Below are positions 50,438 to 62,483 of a DNA stretch of 64,000 nucleotides, piece by piece. The stretch's first letter is position 1; each line of letters opens with the position of its first letter. The notes beneath the pieces were generated by a model. It did no database searches. It was not told where the DNA came from and worked only from the letters and a program-made list of their open reading frames with translations. The stretch is from Zootoca vivipara (taxonomy: Eukaryota), in contig NC_083277.1 in the NCBI RefSeq assembly GCF_963506605.1, positions 41,540,001 through 41,604,000 on the forward strand, given 5' to 3'. A program made the position numbers and the translations under genes.

Positions 50438-50764
50438 TCCCAAAAATTCAGCAACATCTTAGTGCGAATTTGTAATCCTCTTCACATTTATATACGGTTT
50501 TGCCTAATAGATGCACTTTTGAAAAGCAATTTCCCCTAAATAGTGCACCTGTGTATGCTTTCATTTCGCTAATAAATGCATCTTTATGCACACTTTGTCC
50601 CAGTCTATGCAATACATGGCTGGAAGGCCACATTGCAACATTCAGAGCAGTGTGAATGTCTAAGGATATGGTGCTGCCTTTTGGTTCTTGTATTGTTTTG
50701 GAATGCATGAATTAGGTAGGTTCACTTCTCGGTGCAATCTGAACCAAATTTCTCTCCATCCCTA
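50432..50764 (-). mobile_element. AT-rich hAT-type element fragment (family of 53081)
   Basis: Ends ttctctccatcccta (reverse of TAGGGATGGAGAGAA); another partial copy at about 52112-52475. Confidence 0.65.
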
Positions 50765-50803
50765 GTTATGACTATAGAGGTGGTGAAATACAGTGACAGT
50801 GAT

Positions 50804-51289
50804 CCTAACGAAGCTTATAGATGGGCCTTCTCTAGAGCCCGCTTTGAGGCAATGCCCTCAGCTGTGCTGTACGGCAAATTTATGTGGGTACCAATTCATG
50901 AGTGCCTTTGCCCTTGCATGTCTAACAAGGTAGAATCTGTCACTCACATTTTTTTGTTTTGTGAATTTTATAGTGAAGAACGAACTCGACTTATTTTACC
51001 CCTTTAATCAAAATTTACACCCTTACAATATTATTTGGAATTTCCCCCCGAAATAATCTTACGGAAATTCCTTCTGGAAGATTCCTCAAGCCCAGTGTCA
51101 TATGACGTGGCCAAATTCTGCACTTTAGCTATTAAGAAACGTAAATCCCTTCTATTGAATGACACATTGGAAATTCCTTTTGTGTAATTGTTCTATTTCT
51201 GGTGATGTTGTTGCTGGTTTTCTTTTGTTTGGAATTATGGAATTCTGTATTGCTGGCTTTTGCTGTAATAAAAATTGAACTTGAACTTG
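50804..51289 (+). mobile_element. RTE-X-like LINE 3' fragment
   Basis: YRWAFSRARFEAMPSAVLYGK...ECLCPC...VESVTHIFLFCEFY zinc-knuckle C-terminus; AATAAA then (ACTTGA)n tail; 12-bp TSD agtgacagtgat at 50792-50803 and 51290-51301. Confidence 0.8.
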
Positions 51290-53080
51290 AGTGACAGTGA
51301 TGGGGTAAGCATTCTACGGAACCCTGAAGCGTTTAGAACGTAGGCTGGAAACACAAGTCAGAGATGCCGAGGTAAAGGAAAGAGTTCACTGAAGGTGTAA
51401 TGGCAGTGGGGGCAGGTGAAGGCTCTCTGCAGGAGGCTGGTGGTGCTTTTGAAAGTGTATTTAAAACATCCTGGCTATGATTCTTCTTTCCTTCTCAATG
51501 AGCCTCTGCAAGAACACACTGTATAGAAACATTTACTGTATTTGCAAAATTCTTTTAACATGAAACATTGTAAATTTCATCTTGGCTCTGTCAGTCAGGG
51601 CTGCATGTAAGCCAGAAGTCCCAGCAAGTCACCCAGGATAATTCATGTCTTCTAGTGCTTTGTTTCTCCTGTTATTGGGTAGAGAATAAGTTTTTGTTTG
51701 CTAATTTAAATACTGATAAACCGCACTTCCATAAAAAATAGCATGCAGACTAAAAATGCAGATATGTTAGGACATATTTGTAGTCTGTTTTTAGTTGTTA
51801 GTTTATTAATGTTGTTAATGTTGTTTTGTGGGTTATGAGTGTTGTTATGCTTTGTGAATTTTATAATATGACTTTTCTTGTGGTTGTGCTGTTTAACCTC
51901 TTTTTAAAGTTTTTTTAAGTGTTTTATAGAAGATGGTTATTTTATTGATGATTTGCCAATGTTTTACTGTTGCTTTGTTAATTATTTTATATTATTGATG
52001 TTGTAATTGATGATCTACTGTGTTGTTATTTGTTTTATGTAAGATGCTTTGTGACTCACGTGAATGAAAAGTGGCATAGAAATACAATAAATGAAAGGAA
52101 AGGAAATCTCTTATGGAGGGGGGAGAAATTTGAGTCAGTTCACATTTAAAGGCAAATTCACTAAATCCACACTTTCTGAAATGATACGCAAACCAAAAGG
52201 CAGCCACCCTTCGAAATTCACACTTCTCCAAAGTTTGAGATGCACTCCTCCAGCCATGTTATGTGTACAAAAATGCACAGGCTAGGGTAAAAAAAAAAGC
52301 TTGTTTAGTAAAAGTGGCATACAAAAATGCATTACAGTCAGGAAAATTGCTTTGCAACCAACTATTAGTTGAGCAAAACTGCATTAAAATGTGTATATTA
52401 TGAAAAATTCACACTCAAATGCTGATAACATTCCTCCCTTTCTTTCTTTTTTAATGTAAGCTGAAATGTGGCAAACTATGCTGGCCTCCCCACTGCCTCA
52501 CTCAGTAAGATGTTTCTGCTAGTTTGCAGGTTTTCCAGAAGTCTCCATCAAGGATCTGAGGACAAAGCAGACGAGGGAGGAACAAAGTACAAAAAAATCG
52601 GTTTGATGCTGTAGCTATGAGGGCAGCATTGGAACCCAGTCATTCATCTCTCTGCTCCCAGACAAAAGTTTGTGGATGAAAAGTTAGATGGTAAGCAAAG
52701 TGGGGTTGGAAGAGACGGGGGGGGCTGGCTTGTGGGTATTAAGCTAGTTCTAGGTGCTCTAGAAGTTTCAGGTTACAACGAAGGATGCTGGAATGAAGTA
52801 ATATACAATGGTTGCTTTCCCATTATTGAAAATATTAAATGTATCAGTTTTCTAGATATGTCTCAAGCCTTGAAAGATTGACAAAGGTTCCTTGTTGTGG
52901 AGAAATAACTATTTCTGTTTCTGAAGGTGACAGAAATGTGGGAGTCGGCAGGTTTGGGCAATTAAGAGCTCTGCCTTCACCATTTACAGAGCGAGATATT
53001 TGTGGGGCATCCAAGGGGAAACAAACATGAGAAAAGAGGGTTTGAGATGGCGTTTTGCAAAGAAAGTGAGAAGTCAGGAC

Positions 53081-53494
53081 TAGGTATGGAAAAGAATTTT
53101 CATTCAGTATGCATTTAAAGCTGAATCTATCAAATCCACACTTTTTAAAACAATATGCAAACCAAAATACAGCTATCTTTCTGAATTTTGTGTTGCCATT
53201 CTCCAAACCATGCATTTATTGGGGGAAAGTGTGCCTAAAATGAAGATACTAGTGAAAATAACATACAAAATTGCATTGTATTAGTGGAAATTCCTTGCAA
53301 CAACAACAAAAAGTACTTTAGTCAAAATTGCATATTAAAATGTGTTTATTGGGAGAAATTTGCACTAAAACGCTGCTGACTTTTTCATGGGGATTTTTTT
53401 TAATGCCAAGTTGCTGCAAAATGTGGAGAACTGAATTTAAGATTGGGAAAAAGAGAAACTAAGAGAATTGAAACTGACAATCCTTCCATCACTA
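53081..53494 (+). mobile_element. AT-rich hAT (Ac-like TIR) non-autonomous element, complete
   Basis: Termini taggtatggaa / ttccatcacta; perfect 8-bp TSD gtcaggac. Confidence 0.88.
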
Positions 53495-54759
53495 GTCAGG
53501 ACACTGAATTTAGTTTTGGGAATCACCTCTGGAAAAAAACAAAAGCTGAAGTCAGTGGGAGATAGAGAAAGAAAAAGAAAGAAGGAAGGAAAGAGAAAAG
53601 GAAAGTATAACAAAAGTCCAAGAAAGAGAAGAGCCCAAGGAGGATAGAATAATTTAGGGGAGCAGTAACCTCTTTCCCAAAGGTCCGATGCAGTCCTCCA
53701 GGCCTCTGTCTGGCTCTCAGGCACATCTTTTCCCAAGCCACACCCCCTCTGCCAGGCCACGCCCCTCATCGGCCCTGCTGTGCACTCTCACTGACTAAGT
53801 GCAATGTGGCCTTCGATTCTGATAATGCCTCTTGCTTGCCTGGATGGAGGAGATGGAAGGGTGAAAGAGTGTAGAGATTAGCCTACCATACAAAAGTAAA
53901 ATTTACATTCTGTGCTCATCCATTTTTGCCTCTGGCCCCGCTAACCACAGGCATGTGGTGCCCGCAAGGTTGCCCAAGTGAATGCAGCCTTTGCACTGAA
54001 AAAAGTTTCCCAGCCTTGGATTAGTATAAGGCAGGTCAAGAATGAATGTCTTTTAAAAAGGGGGAAAGGCTCAAAGTGGGTTTAGATGAATTAAAGAGAT
54101 GAGGGTTGGTTGACAAGAAGCAAAAGTGGGAGTCACTTGAGCAAGAGGAGTAGAGGAACAAGGAAATATGGGGTGGCCCATAGCTCAGTGTAGGATGCCT
54201 GCTTTGCATGCAGAATGTCCAACCCTTGGCATCTCCAGCTAAAAGGATCTCAGGAAGCAGGTGATACCTGAGACCATGGAAAGCCAGACCATTTAGACAA
54301 TACTGTGGTGGGCAGACAAACTGTTTGACCTGCTGTAATGCAGCTTCCCATTAGCTGGGAAGGGAAGAATGTGTGAAATGGAGATTCGTAGAAGATTTAG
54401 GTTGCTTCTGATTGTAACCATTCCACTTTAGCTTTCTTGTTACAGTTGAGGAATATGTGGATAAGAGACAGGTGCCCTGTGCGTCCATGACTGAAATATA
54501 CCCTCCTGGATCCAGGTTTCACCTTTAAAGTCCCCATGTCCAATGGGGCTTGCTTCCAAGGTACATGTGCATAGCACTGCAGAGTTGGTTCACTGGCTGA
54601 GAAAATGGGGAAAGACCCTTTGGCTTCTTTCACCACAGATGCGTGACTGTGGTGAGAAGGGACAAGTGGGTGCTTGGAGTTTTAGGGATCTCTGAAATCA
54701 GAGCAGGAATAGGAGCAGGGTCCAGATACTAAGCTTTGAATTTCTTTACTGTAGTGGAC

Positions 54760-55071
54760 TGCCTACACCCTAACATTTCTCTGATGAAAATAAGGACATC
54801 ATATGCCTTGTTATTATTATTAATACCATGCCCAAAAAACATAATTAAACATTTAAAAAAACAGGGCTGCCTTCAAATGTCCTCTAAAGGTTGTATAGTT
54901 ACTTATGTCCTTGGCTCAGGAGTTGCATAACTCCTTACCCTCCTACATTTCTCCAATGAAAGTAGGAATGTCCTAGGAAAAGCAGGAAATTCCAGGATCA
55001 AATCAGATACCAGGGCGGATTCTGTAAATCTGGGACTGTCCCTGGAGAATAGGGACACTTGGGGGGGTCTG
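54760..55071 (+). mobile_element. Chimeric DNA element with a captured L2 fragment
   Basis: Repeated end accct..acatttctc.atgaaa, L2 piece aaacagggctgccttcaaatgtc, right end agggacacttggggggtctg; similar right end at about 30710-30798. Confidence 0.55.
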
Positions 55072-56121
55072 CTGGGGTTGCCAGTGTGGCACAGAAGCCT
55101 TCCCTGGTGCCTTTCAGGAGGGTCTCCTCCTCTGAAATTAGGCTTGAAAGAAGCGTTCTATTGTAGTCAACAGAATAGGTTGTGCGGTGTGATTGGTTGT
55201 TGTGATGTGTGTGCTCACAACAGTTTCTCCAGTTTGTGAATGTGCCCACAGGCCCTGAAAGGTTGACAACTATTGGCCTGGTCTAGCAACTCTTTGTTTA
55301 CATGAATGTTACTTATTCTGCTCAGATGATGATGAATCTGACTTCTGATTGCCTCCTGAATTTTTTACATGATCAGGCTACATAACTGATCTGCCCCCCC
55401 CCCCGCATTTAAATGCAGGGCTCTTTAGAAAAGTAATTTGGCTAAAAATAAAGCATGTTTATTCTATCATTCAAATTCTCAAACTGAGACCATGGCTCTG
55501 TATACATTGCCTACAGCCCAGCTAATGTTAGTTGTGGCATAGGTTGCACTGAAATCTAGGAGGCAGCCCCACTATGGTTAATTTAAAGCCAGTTGCTTGC
55601 AGTGAAAGTGGGGCTTGCCGAACTTAAACTGTAGAACTACTAGGCTACTTTTCTGTGAAAATTCAGAATCAATTTGCTTTGTCATATTATGAACATTCAC
55701 CTTCAACCTATCAAACACAGATGTGGGCATTTCTTTATAATTTCATTGGAATACATTATTTTACCCAGACACTCCCAGCCCTTTCTTCTGGGCAGCTCTG
55801 GACCCTTTGCCATCTTTAAAAAAGAAAGCAAAGAATGTATGTGCCATTTTGTGTGTGTTGTACATTAACATTCCTAATGCACAGGAAATAAGCAAAATTA
55901 GCCATTAAAGAAGTTGTGAATTATGCAACAACTTTCTAAAATTACTTTAAAGAAAGTTATCTTTAAAAATGACATAAAAGAAACAATCCTGAAATGGGGT
56001 ATGTGTTCTTTTTAGTTGTACATGTTTTAATGGAAACGTTTTTGACATGATTAGCACCAGTTAAAAGTATCTCTGAAAAAACTGACTTCACGTGTTGTCT
56101 TAGTGATTTGTATCTATCAAC

Positions 56122-56170
<49 letters not shown>
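56122..56170. repeat. (TATC)n microsatellite
   Basis: Direct reading; (TG)n tracts also at 17165-17212, 26155-26187 and 33759-33798. Confidence 0.98.
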
Positions 56171-57781
56171 CTATAGAGCAGTGATAGACAATATGATACC
56201 ACCCAGAAGTTGTTCAGTTACAACTCCCATTATCCCAGATGGTTGGTCATGTATGCTCATGGCAGTTGTAGTCCAACAACATCTGGAGGGGACCATACTG
56301 GCATCCCCTGACGTAGAGTTTCAGGCTTACAGAATAGAGGGCAAATACTTCTGGTGGAAATAGATGAAAATGCATGCAGACACTTAGGAGATAGGTGATC
56401 ATTCATACATTTTCCAGTATTAGACTTCACAACGTAATATGGTCTGTTTCGCTGCTGCTGCTGCTTCTACAGCAAGCTTGCCATGTGGGAATCCTGGATG
56501 ACATTCTGAGGAAATGATTTATTCAAGGTAAGTGCCTTAAAGCAAGACTACAGCAAGATGCCTGCCTTCAGCCTCCTTAGGGAACAGTCATTCTCAGTGT
56601 TTTAGACACTCTCCCCACTCCATGAAAGTGAATACAATGTTCATCACAGTGCTTTGATCTAAAGGTTGGAATAACCATTGCAATGGCTCCATCCATCACA
56701 ATGGTGCTCTGCCATCATCATGTTATTTTGGATTCTGCACCACCTTAACCTTTTTTTAAAAAAAGTGGAAACCATTCAGAGATCCTATCTTGCTAGCTAG
56801 CTACCATCAATGTTCCTCCTCCACACAGATATGTGGACAACACAGGGGTATCTCACTACTGGCACATATTCGGTGCTCTCATTCAAGGCTCTGGTGCACA
56901 TTGGAGCTTGGTCTTCAGAAATAAGTGGAGGTGGGTGGGTGAACTCAAGGGAATGCATTTTTGCTTCGAAGATCTGTTTCCTCAAAGTTTCACTTGGACA
57001 GGCTTTCGTAATGGGATGGAGGCCTCCCAGGAGGCTACACATGCATGCACCTGCTTAGGAGCATATCCTGGGCATGTGGAGAAGAGACTACATGATGCTT
57101 CTGGCTTCCTTGCACATGGCTGTCACTATGCACACCAGGGTAAGGATTATGGGCTGGGATAATGAGGGTAATTCTTACTATTCCAGCTACCCAAAGTGCC
57201 TTCCTATGGCCCCAATGGTTTGCTGGTTGAGCCATACAAAATGGCCTTTGGGGAATAGTTCTGAGTGGTTTCGGCTGTCCCTGGCAGGGAGGCTGGCATG
57301 TCTGCCTCTCTCTGAACAGACAGTGGCAGGGATCCAGAGAGCCTTCACTTCAGAGCCATCGTAAGGTTTCCTGTCTGACGTCCTGACAGAAGCAGTGGGT
57401 CCCCAACCGCTGCTAACTCTCCGGCTTCCGGCTGGGGCTCCTGCCTGAACCCCCCCTGTGCTATCAGCTCCACACCAGATGCTTTTCAGGATACTGTGGT
57501 AAAACTGTGCAAGGCGAGAGCGGCAATTTGGGGTTTTTTCCTATGTCAGCCTCGAAGACAAATTGGACGGCGGGGTGGGGGGGGAGAGAAAAAAAGATGT
57601 CCTGCCTTGTCACTGCCCATTATTCACTCTTGTTTTTCTATTGTATGTACAGGAAAGAAGCAACGAGTCCCCCAGGCGGCTTTATGTCAAGGGCTGAAAT
57701 TTGGGAGAAATCTGATCAAGTTGGCTAAGAGGGGGCTAGATGTTTTCCCAACTTGGTATGACCATATTGGATCATTTATGT

Positions 57782-57794
57782 GTCCCCCTAGTGG
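57782..57794 (-). promoter_or_regulatory. CTCF-like motif
   Basis: Minus strand CCACTAGGGGGAC. Confidence 0.4.
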
Positions 57795-59039
57795 TAAAAC
57801 AGAAGCCACTACACCTTGTGATTCTCAACATTTTTGAAGAACAAGCCAAAACCTTTGTACGGAGACTAGAACCAAAAAGAGAGAGTAATTTTTAAGCCCC
57901 CCAGCATAATGACTGGATTAGTTCCTTTTCCTTAAGCAATGAATACAAAGCTGCAGCTTGGGTCTTCCCTCTTCCATTCTTGGATCTGTGCTGTGGACTT
58001 TTCGTCTAGCCTAGAATCCAGCCTTTCTGGGTGAATGTATTCTTGTCTAAATAAAAAAAGAGCATTGTTTGCTTGTAAGTCATAAAGCAGCCTTTGACAT
58101 ATATTTGCATGAGTTGTACAGTACCTCCTATACCCTTTTCCTTTTCTTAGGTTCTTCTTCCTAACTAGATGATGGACTATCCCCAAGATGTCCCTGCTCT
58201 CTCACTGCCATACCTGTTTGGATGAAGTCAGGGGTGGCTGGCAAGGGGCACCTCCAGATGCCAGTGCACTCTGACAACCAGCAGCCCCAGCCTGCACAAC
58301 CAAGGATTGGGGCTGATAGGGAGCTGTAGACCGTGCACAAGTTGCTAGCTTAAAACACAACTGGGTTGCTCTTCTACTCAGTTTGGATCAAAGCTGGGTT
58401 GGGGGGGGCATATCAATGCACCCAATTTCATAAGAAACAACAGGGTAGGTACAGAATAGAAACGGATCACAGTAAATGTGGTGTATACACCCAGAGGTGG
58501 GAGCACACTGGATGTGGAGTGAATGGGAGTGTGCACACAGCAGCACCTCTTGCTGCCGTCTCTGCTCATTTCCTTCATTTCTGTGCCCTGCGTCTTACTG
58601 CAATGGGAAGACCAGGCATTTCATCATTTTAATGGTACCCAAGAAAATGCACACTTTTCCCAACCGCACATGGTTGGGGGAAATGGACACATGAAATGGT
58701 CTTCAGTGTTGGGAGCATGATAAAGAAACTGGCATTGTCGTGAAAGCCAGACTGTACATGAGAGCTGGATGGAAGAATCAAGCACAATAATCAATCATTA
58801 TAATTCAAACCATTCCTTTCTAAAACAGGAGGAGGGCCGTGGCTCAGTGACAGAGGACGTGCTTTGCATGCAGAAGCTCCCAGGTTCAATCTCCAGATAG
58901 ACCTGGGAGTTTCCCTGTCTCATACCCTGGACAGCCACTTCCAGGGTGTTTAGACAACACAGAGCTAAGTGGGCCAAATGGTCCATAAGAACCATTAAAC
59001 AGCTTGTTGAACATAAACTGGGTGAAGAGTGCAATGTTT

Positions 59040-59056
59040 TGGCCACTAGATGGCAC
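59040..59056 (+). promoter_or_regulatory. CTCF motif, strong match
   Basis: TGGCCACTAGATGGCAC. Confidence 0.6.
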
Positions 59057-59271
59057 AGAATTACTTCCCTTCACTAGTTTGGCAGCTAGAAAGCGAACCT
59101 CCAAAGCTGATGCCGTTTGCAGCTATTTCCTTGTGGGTGTCCTGGCTCCCACACTTGGGCACAGTACTTGTACTCTCAGCTCGAGAAAATCCGAAAGCTT
59201 TATTCAAGAAGTCAGAACATAGACTGTATATTAGCTCAGAGCATGGATTATGTGATTCACAAGCCTAAAAG

Positions 59272-59521
59272 TAGGGTTGCCATACATCCAGAATTTCCCA
59301 GACATATACCGTACATAATACTGCAGTCAGCAGCAGTGCCCGGGCGGAAATTGGAAAATCTGGACATATGGCAGCCCATGCCAGCAGTGCCGTTTTTTGC
59401 CAATTTCCCATAAAAATAGCTCAAAAATGGTGATTTTGCCAATGAAAGCTCCGCAACTTTGCCCAAAAAACTCAACAACTTTTCTGTCCAGATTTTCACT
59501 GTTTGAAATATGGCAACCGTA
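59272..59521. mobile_element. hAT-type element with TAGGGTTGCCA TIRs
   Basis: tagggttgccata / tatggcaaccgta; no TSD recognised. Confidence 0.7.
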
Positions 59522-59984
59522 CAGAGTTCTTAAGGCACACAACTAAGAAGATGCTAAGACTGCATCACAATACCTGGCATGCTCCTCCTCCGTTTTTAAA
59601 GAGTGGGGTGGGACCAGTCATTTGCTTAATTCTTTTTAGACACCATCAGAGTTTTAAAGCTGTTATCCTATATAATCTCTTACCTGGGGATAAGCTCCAC
59701 TGAATGGTGCTTTCTTCTATGTAGAGATGTACTACCGGTATAACCTAATTTAAATGAGAAACAGTACCCTACCTTTGTTTTAGTGTCCTCAGATTCATAG
59801 TCATCCACTTAAGGGGAGGTGATAACAGACATCAAGCAAGAAGAGGGGCTGCTCATTGCTTTGTAACTTCCAAGAGTGGACTATATGGGGGGGGGGGTTG
59901 TAAGAAAGCAGTAGCTTACTTTTTTGGAGATAGGTTGCTTGGAACTGCTTCCCAGAACCCCTGCACAATGGTGAGAATCATGAT

Positions 59985-60280
59985 GGTTTTTATTTTTTGT
60001 ACCCCACACATCTGGCTGGGTTTATCCAACAAAAGATAAAGGAACATAACAAAACACCGAACAGTAAAAGCTTCCCAGAACAGGGCTGCCTTCAGATGTC
60101 TGCAAAAATTCATATGATGGTTTATCTCCTTGACATCTGAAGGGTGTTCCACAGAGAGGGTGCCACTACCGAGAAGGCCCTCTGCCTGCTTCCCTGCAAC
60201 ATCGCTTCTCACAATGAGGAAACTGCCAGAAGGCCCTCAGAGCAGGACCTCAGTGATGGGGCTGAATGATGAGGGTGGAG
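59985..60280 (-). mobile_element. Decayed L2 3' fragment
   Basis: cagggctgccttcagatgtc...gagaaggccctctgcctg. Confidence 0.85.
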
Positions 60281-61037
60281 ACCAAGTGGGGTCTTTACAC
60301 TTTAACAAACCACAGCACCCAAAGTTCTTTGGAGAAAATCCATGACTGTTTAAAGTGGTATCAAAGCACTCTAAAGATCTGAGGCCTTAGAGATCTGAGG
60401 TCAAGGCTACTCCCAAAGGAGGGAGAGTCGATTGGTGCAACTGCGGAAAGCTGGGGAGTGAGCCTGTCAAGTCTGGCATGGGAGGGCTTGTGCACGAGGC
60501 CTTCTGGCCTTGGAGCGTGAAGAGGCCTGTTGCTTAATGGACGGTGGGTGGGTGGCCACGCTGTGCCAAAGGCCAGCAAGCACTGCGAGAGATTACGGCT
60601 CCTTTCACTCAGCTCCCTTGCTAGCATTTGGGCGATTTCCTCGTGCCTTTAATGTCAAGGCAAATTACAGGCCTTTCAAGTCAAAACCCTCTTGCTCGAG
60701 AGCAAAGCTCACTTGAGCCAGACGCTAATCGCTGCCTCCCACAAGGGGCCTAGCTTTAATTGCCCATGACATGCTAATCTGCTGGACAGTCTCAAATGCT
60801 CCTTTATCTGTGTGCCGCTCTCCTTTCCCTCCTCCTTTCCCTCGCGGCTCCCCAATCTCCACACTTTTTCTTCGGCGAGGCAGTTTGCCCCGACCTAGCC
60901 TGGGAGTGGCCTTCCCGGCCGAGAGAGGCAGCTCGCCTGCGGAGACAGAAGAAGCCCTGTTGCAGTAGCTTCCAGCCTGTGCCTTCTTGCATGTCGCGTG
61001 TGCCTTTCCCACCCCTCTGGAGGCATTAAGGAAAGAA

Positions 61038-61572
61038 ATGAAACTCTTTCCCTGCTTCAGCAAGTGCTTTTGTTGCCTGGGCTTCCTCTTTATCGTTCTG
61101 CGGGAGTCAGGAAGCCTGAACTCAGACAGCCCCGAATGCAGCCCAAGAGATGACAACCCAGCATGCGCAGGGTCCCTGGTGGCCATGCCTCTCACTTCTC
61201 CAGAAGGCGGCTGCGATGGGTTGGGGAGCTGCAGGCTCCACGTCCTGGGGCCCGAGGAGCCGGCAGCACCTGAGGAGGTGCAAGATGTCCCTGCTGGCGA
61301 GCAGCAGATGGAGTTCAAGCAGATCCTGAAGCACGCTGGAGAGCTCAACAAACAAAGCTCTCCCAGGACCAGGACCCTGATGGACCGACTCAGCTTGGTG
61401 GAAACCAGAGTGGTTTCCATGGCATCGGGCCTACAGAAGTTGCAGGAGGAGAGCCGGCTTAATCTGCACCGCTTAGAGGAGCAGCTCAGCTCTTTGGTGG
61501 CCCTGCTGCTGGGCATCCTCTCTGGCTGCAAGCTGCCTTGCAGCGAATCAGTCCTGAAGGCATCCATTCTTG
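61038..61572 (+). CDS. Probable first coding exon (178 codons, phase-1 donor) of an unidentified secreted or membrane-anchored coiled-coil protein
   Basis: ATG 61038 with purine at -3; MKLFPCFSKCFCCLGFLFIVLRESGS hydrophobic leader; heptad segment LMDRLSLVETRVVSMASGLQKLQEESRLNLHRLEEQLSSLVALL; GC-rich codons; donor G|GTGAGT at 61572/61573; CpG-enriched leader 60720-61037. Confidence 0.75.
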
Positions 61573-61769
61573 GTGAGTACAGAGAGGGAGGTTATCCACT
61601 TCCCATTCTGCCTGACTGTAAAGAGAGAGATTCTTCTCTCTCTTCACAAACAACGAAGTCCAGGTTGGGGTGGGGGTATGATATGAAGGCTCATGGTGCA
61701 GCAGCCTTGCTGAAGCTAAACAGATCTGTCTGGCAAGTGCCTGGAGGGGAGATCTCCTGGGAATCCTAT

Positions 61770-62025
61770 GTATGCCCATCGTCCCGTCCTGACACTGAGG
61801 TCCAGCTCCGAGGGCCTTCTGGTAGTTCCCTCGTTGTGAGAGGTGAGGTTACAGGGAACCAGGCAGAGGGCCTTTTTGGTAGTGGTGCCCACCCTGTGGA
61901 ACGCCCTCCCAGCAGATGTCAAACATATAACCAGCTGTGTGATTTTTAAAAGACATCTGAAGGCAGCCCTGTTCAGGGAAGTTTTTAGTGTGTTGATGTA
62001 TTGCGTTTTTACTGTTTTTTGTTGG
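61770..62025 (+). mobile_element. L2 3' fragment (intronic)
   Basis: RLQGTRQRAFLVVVPTLWNALPADVK...FKRHLKAALFREVF. Confidence 0.9.
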
Positions 62026-62032
62026 GAGAAAG

Positions 62033-62156
62033 GAGGGATAGCTCAATCGGTAGAGCACGAGACTCTTAATCTCAGGGTTTGGGCAAAAGATTCCTGCATT
62101 TCAGGGGGTTGGACTAGATGATCCTTGTGGTCCCTTCCAACTCTACAATTCTATGA
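62033..62156 (+). mobile_element. SINE with tRNA-Lys(CTT)-derived head and CR1-derived tail
   Basis: ggatagctcaatcggtagagcacgagactcttaatctcaggg, then attcctgcatttcagggggttggactagatgatccttgtggtcccttccaactctacaattctatga. Confidence 0.8.
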
Positions 62157-62483
62157 AGTTCTAAATAAAGCCTTGTAAATAGTTCACAGCAGCCTGGTGG
62201 GATACAGCCCCCTACACAGAGCTTGGAGTGCTGAGCAGGGAGGGAAGGAGGCCATGGCCCATCAAGGCAGCCCTCTTGCCTTGCCTTGGTCACGCTGCAC
62301 CTGGAGTTGAGGTAGGCAAAAAGAGACAGAACAGGGTTCCTTGCGCAAATCTTATGATGTGGTTAGAGTCAGACCATGTCGGGTCTTTACTGAGCATTCA
62401 TTCTGAATGCTTATTCTGTTTAGGAGGCGGTTATTATGGCAATGAACATTTATTCTTCCTTCATCTTGATTTGCTTCCAGGGT

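Noticed and set aside
60725-61567. 280-aa minus ORF
   Set aside because: Antisense shadow of the GC-rich plus exon and its leader; no recognisable protein features
60987-61949. 320-aa ORF as a single-exon gene
   Set aside because: It reads through a consensus donor at 61573 into intron and an out-of-frame L2 fragment; only 61038-61572 looks coding
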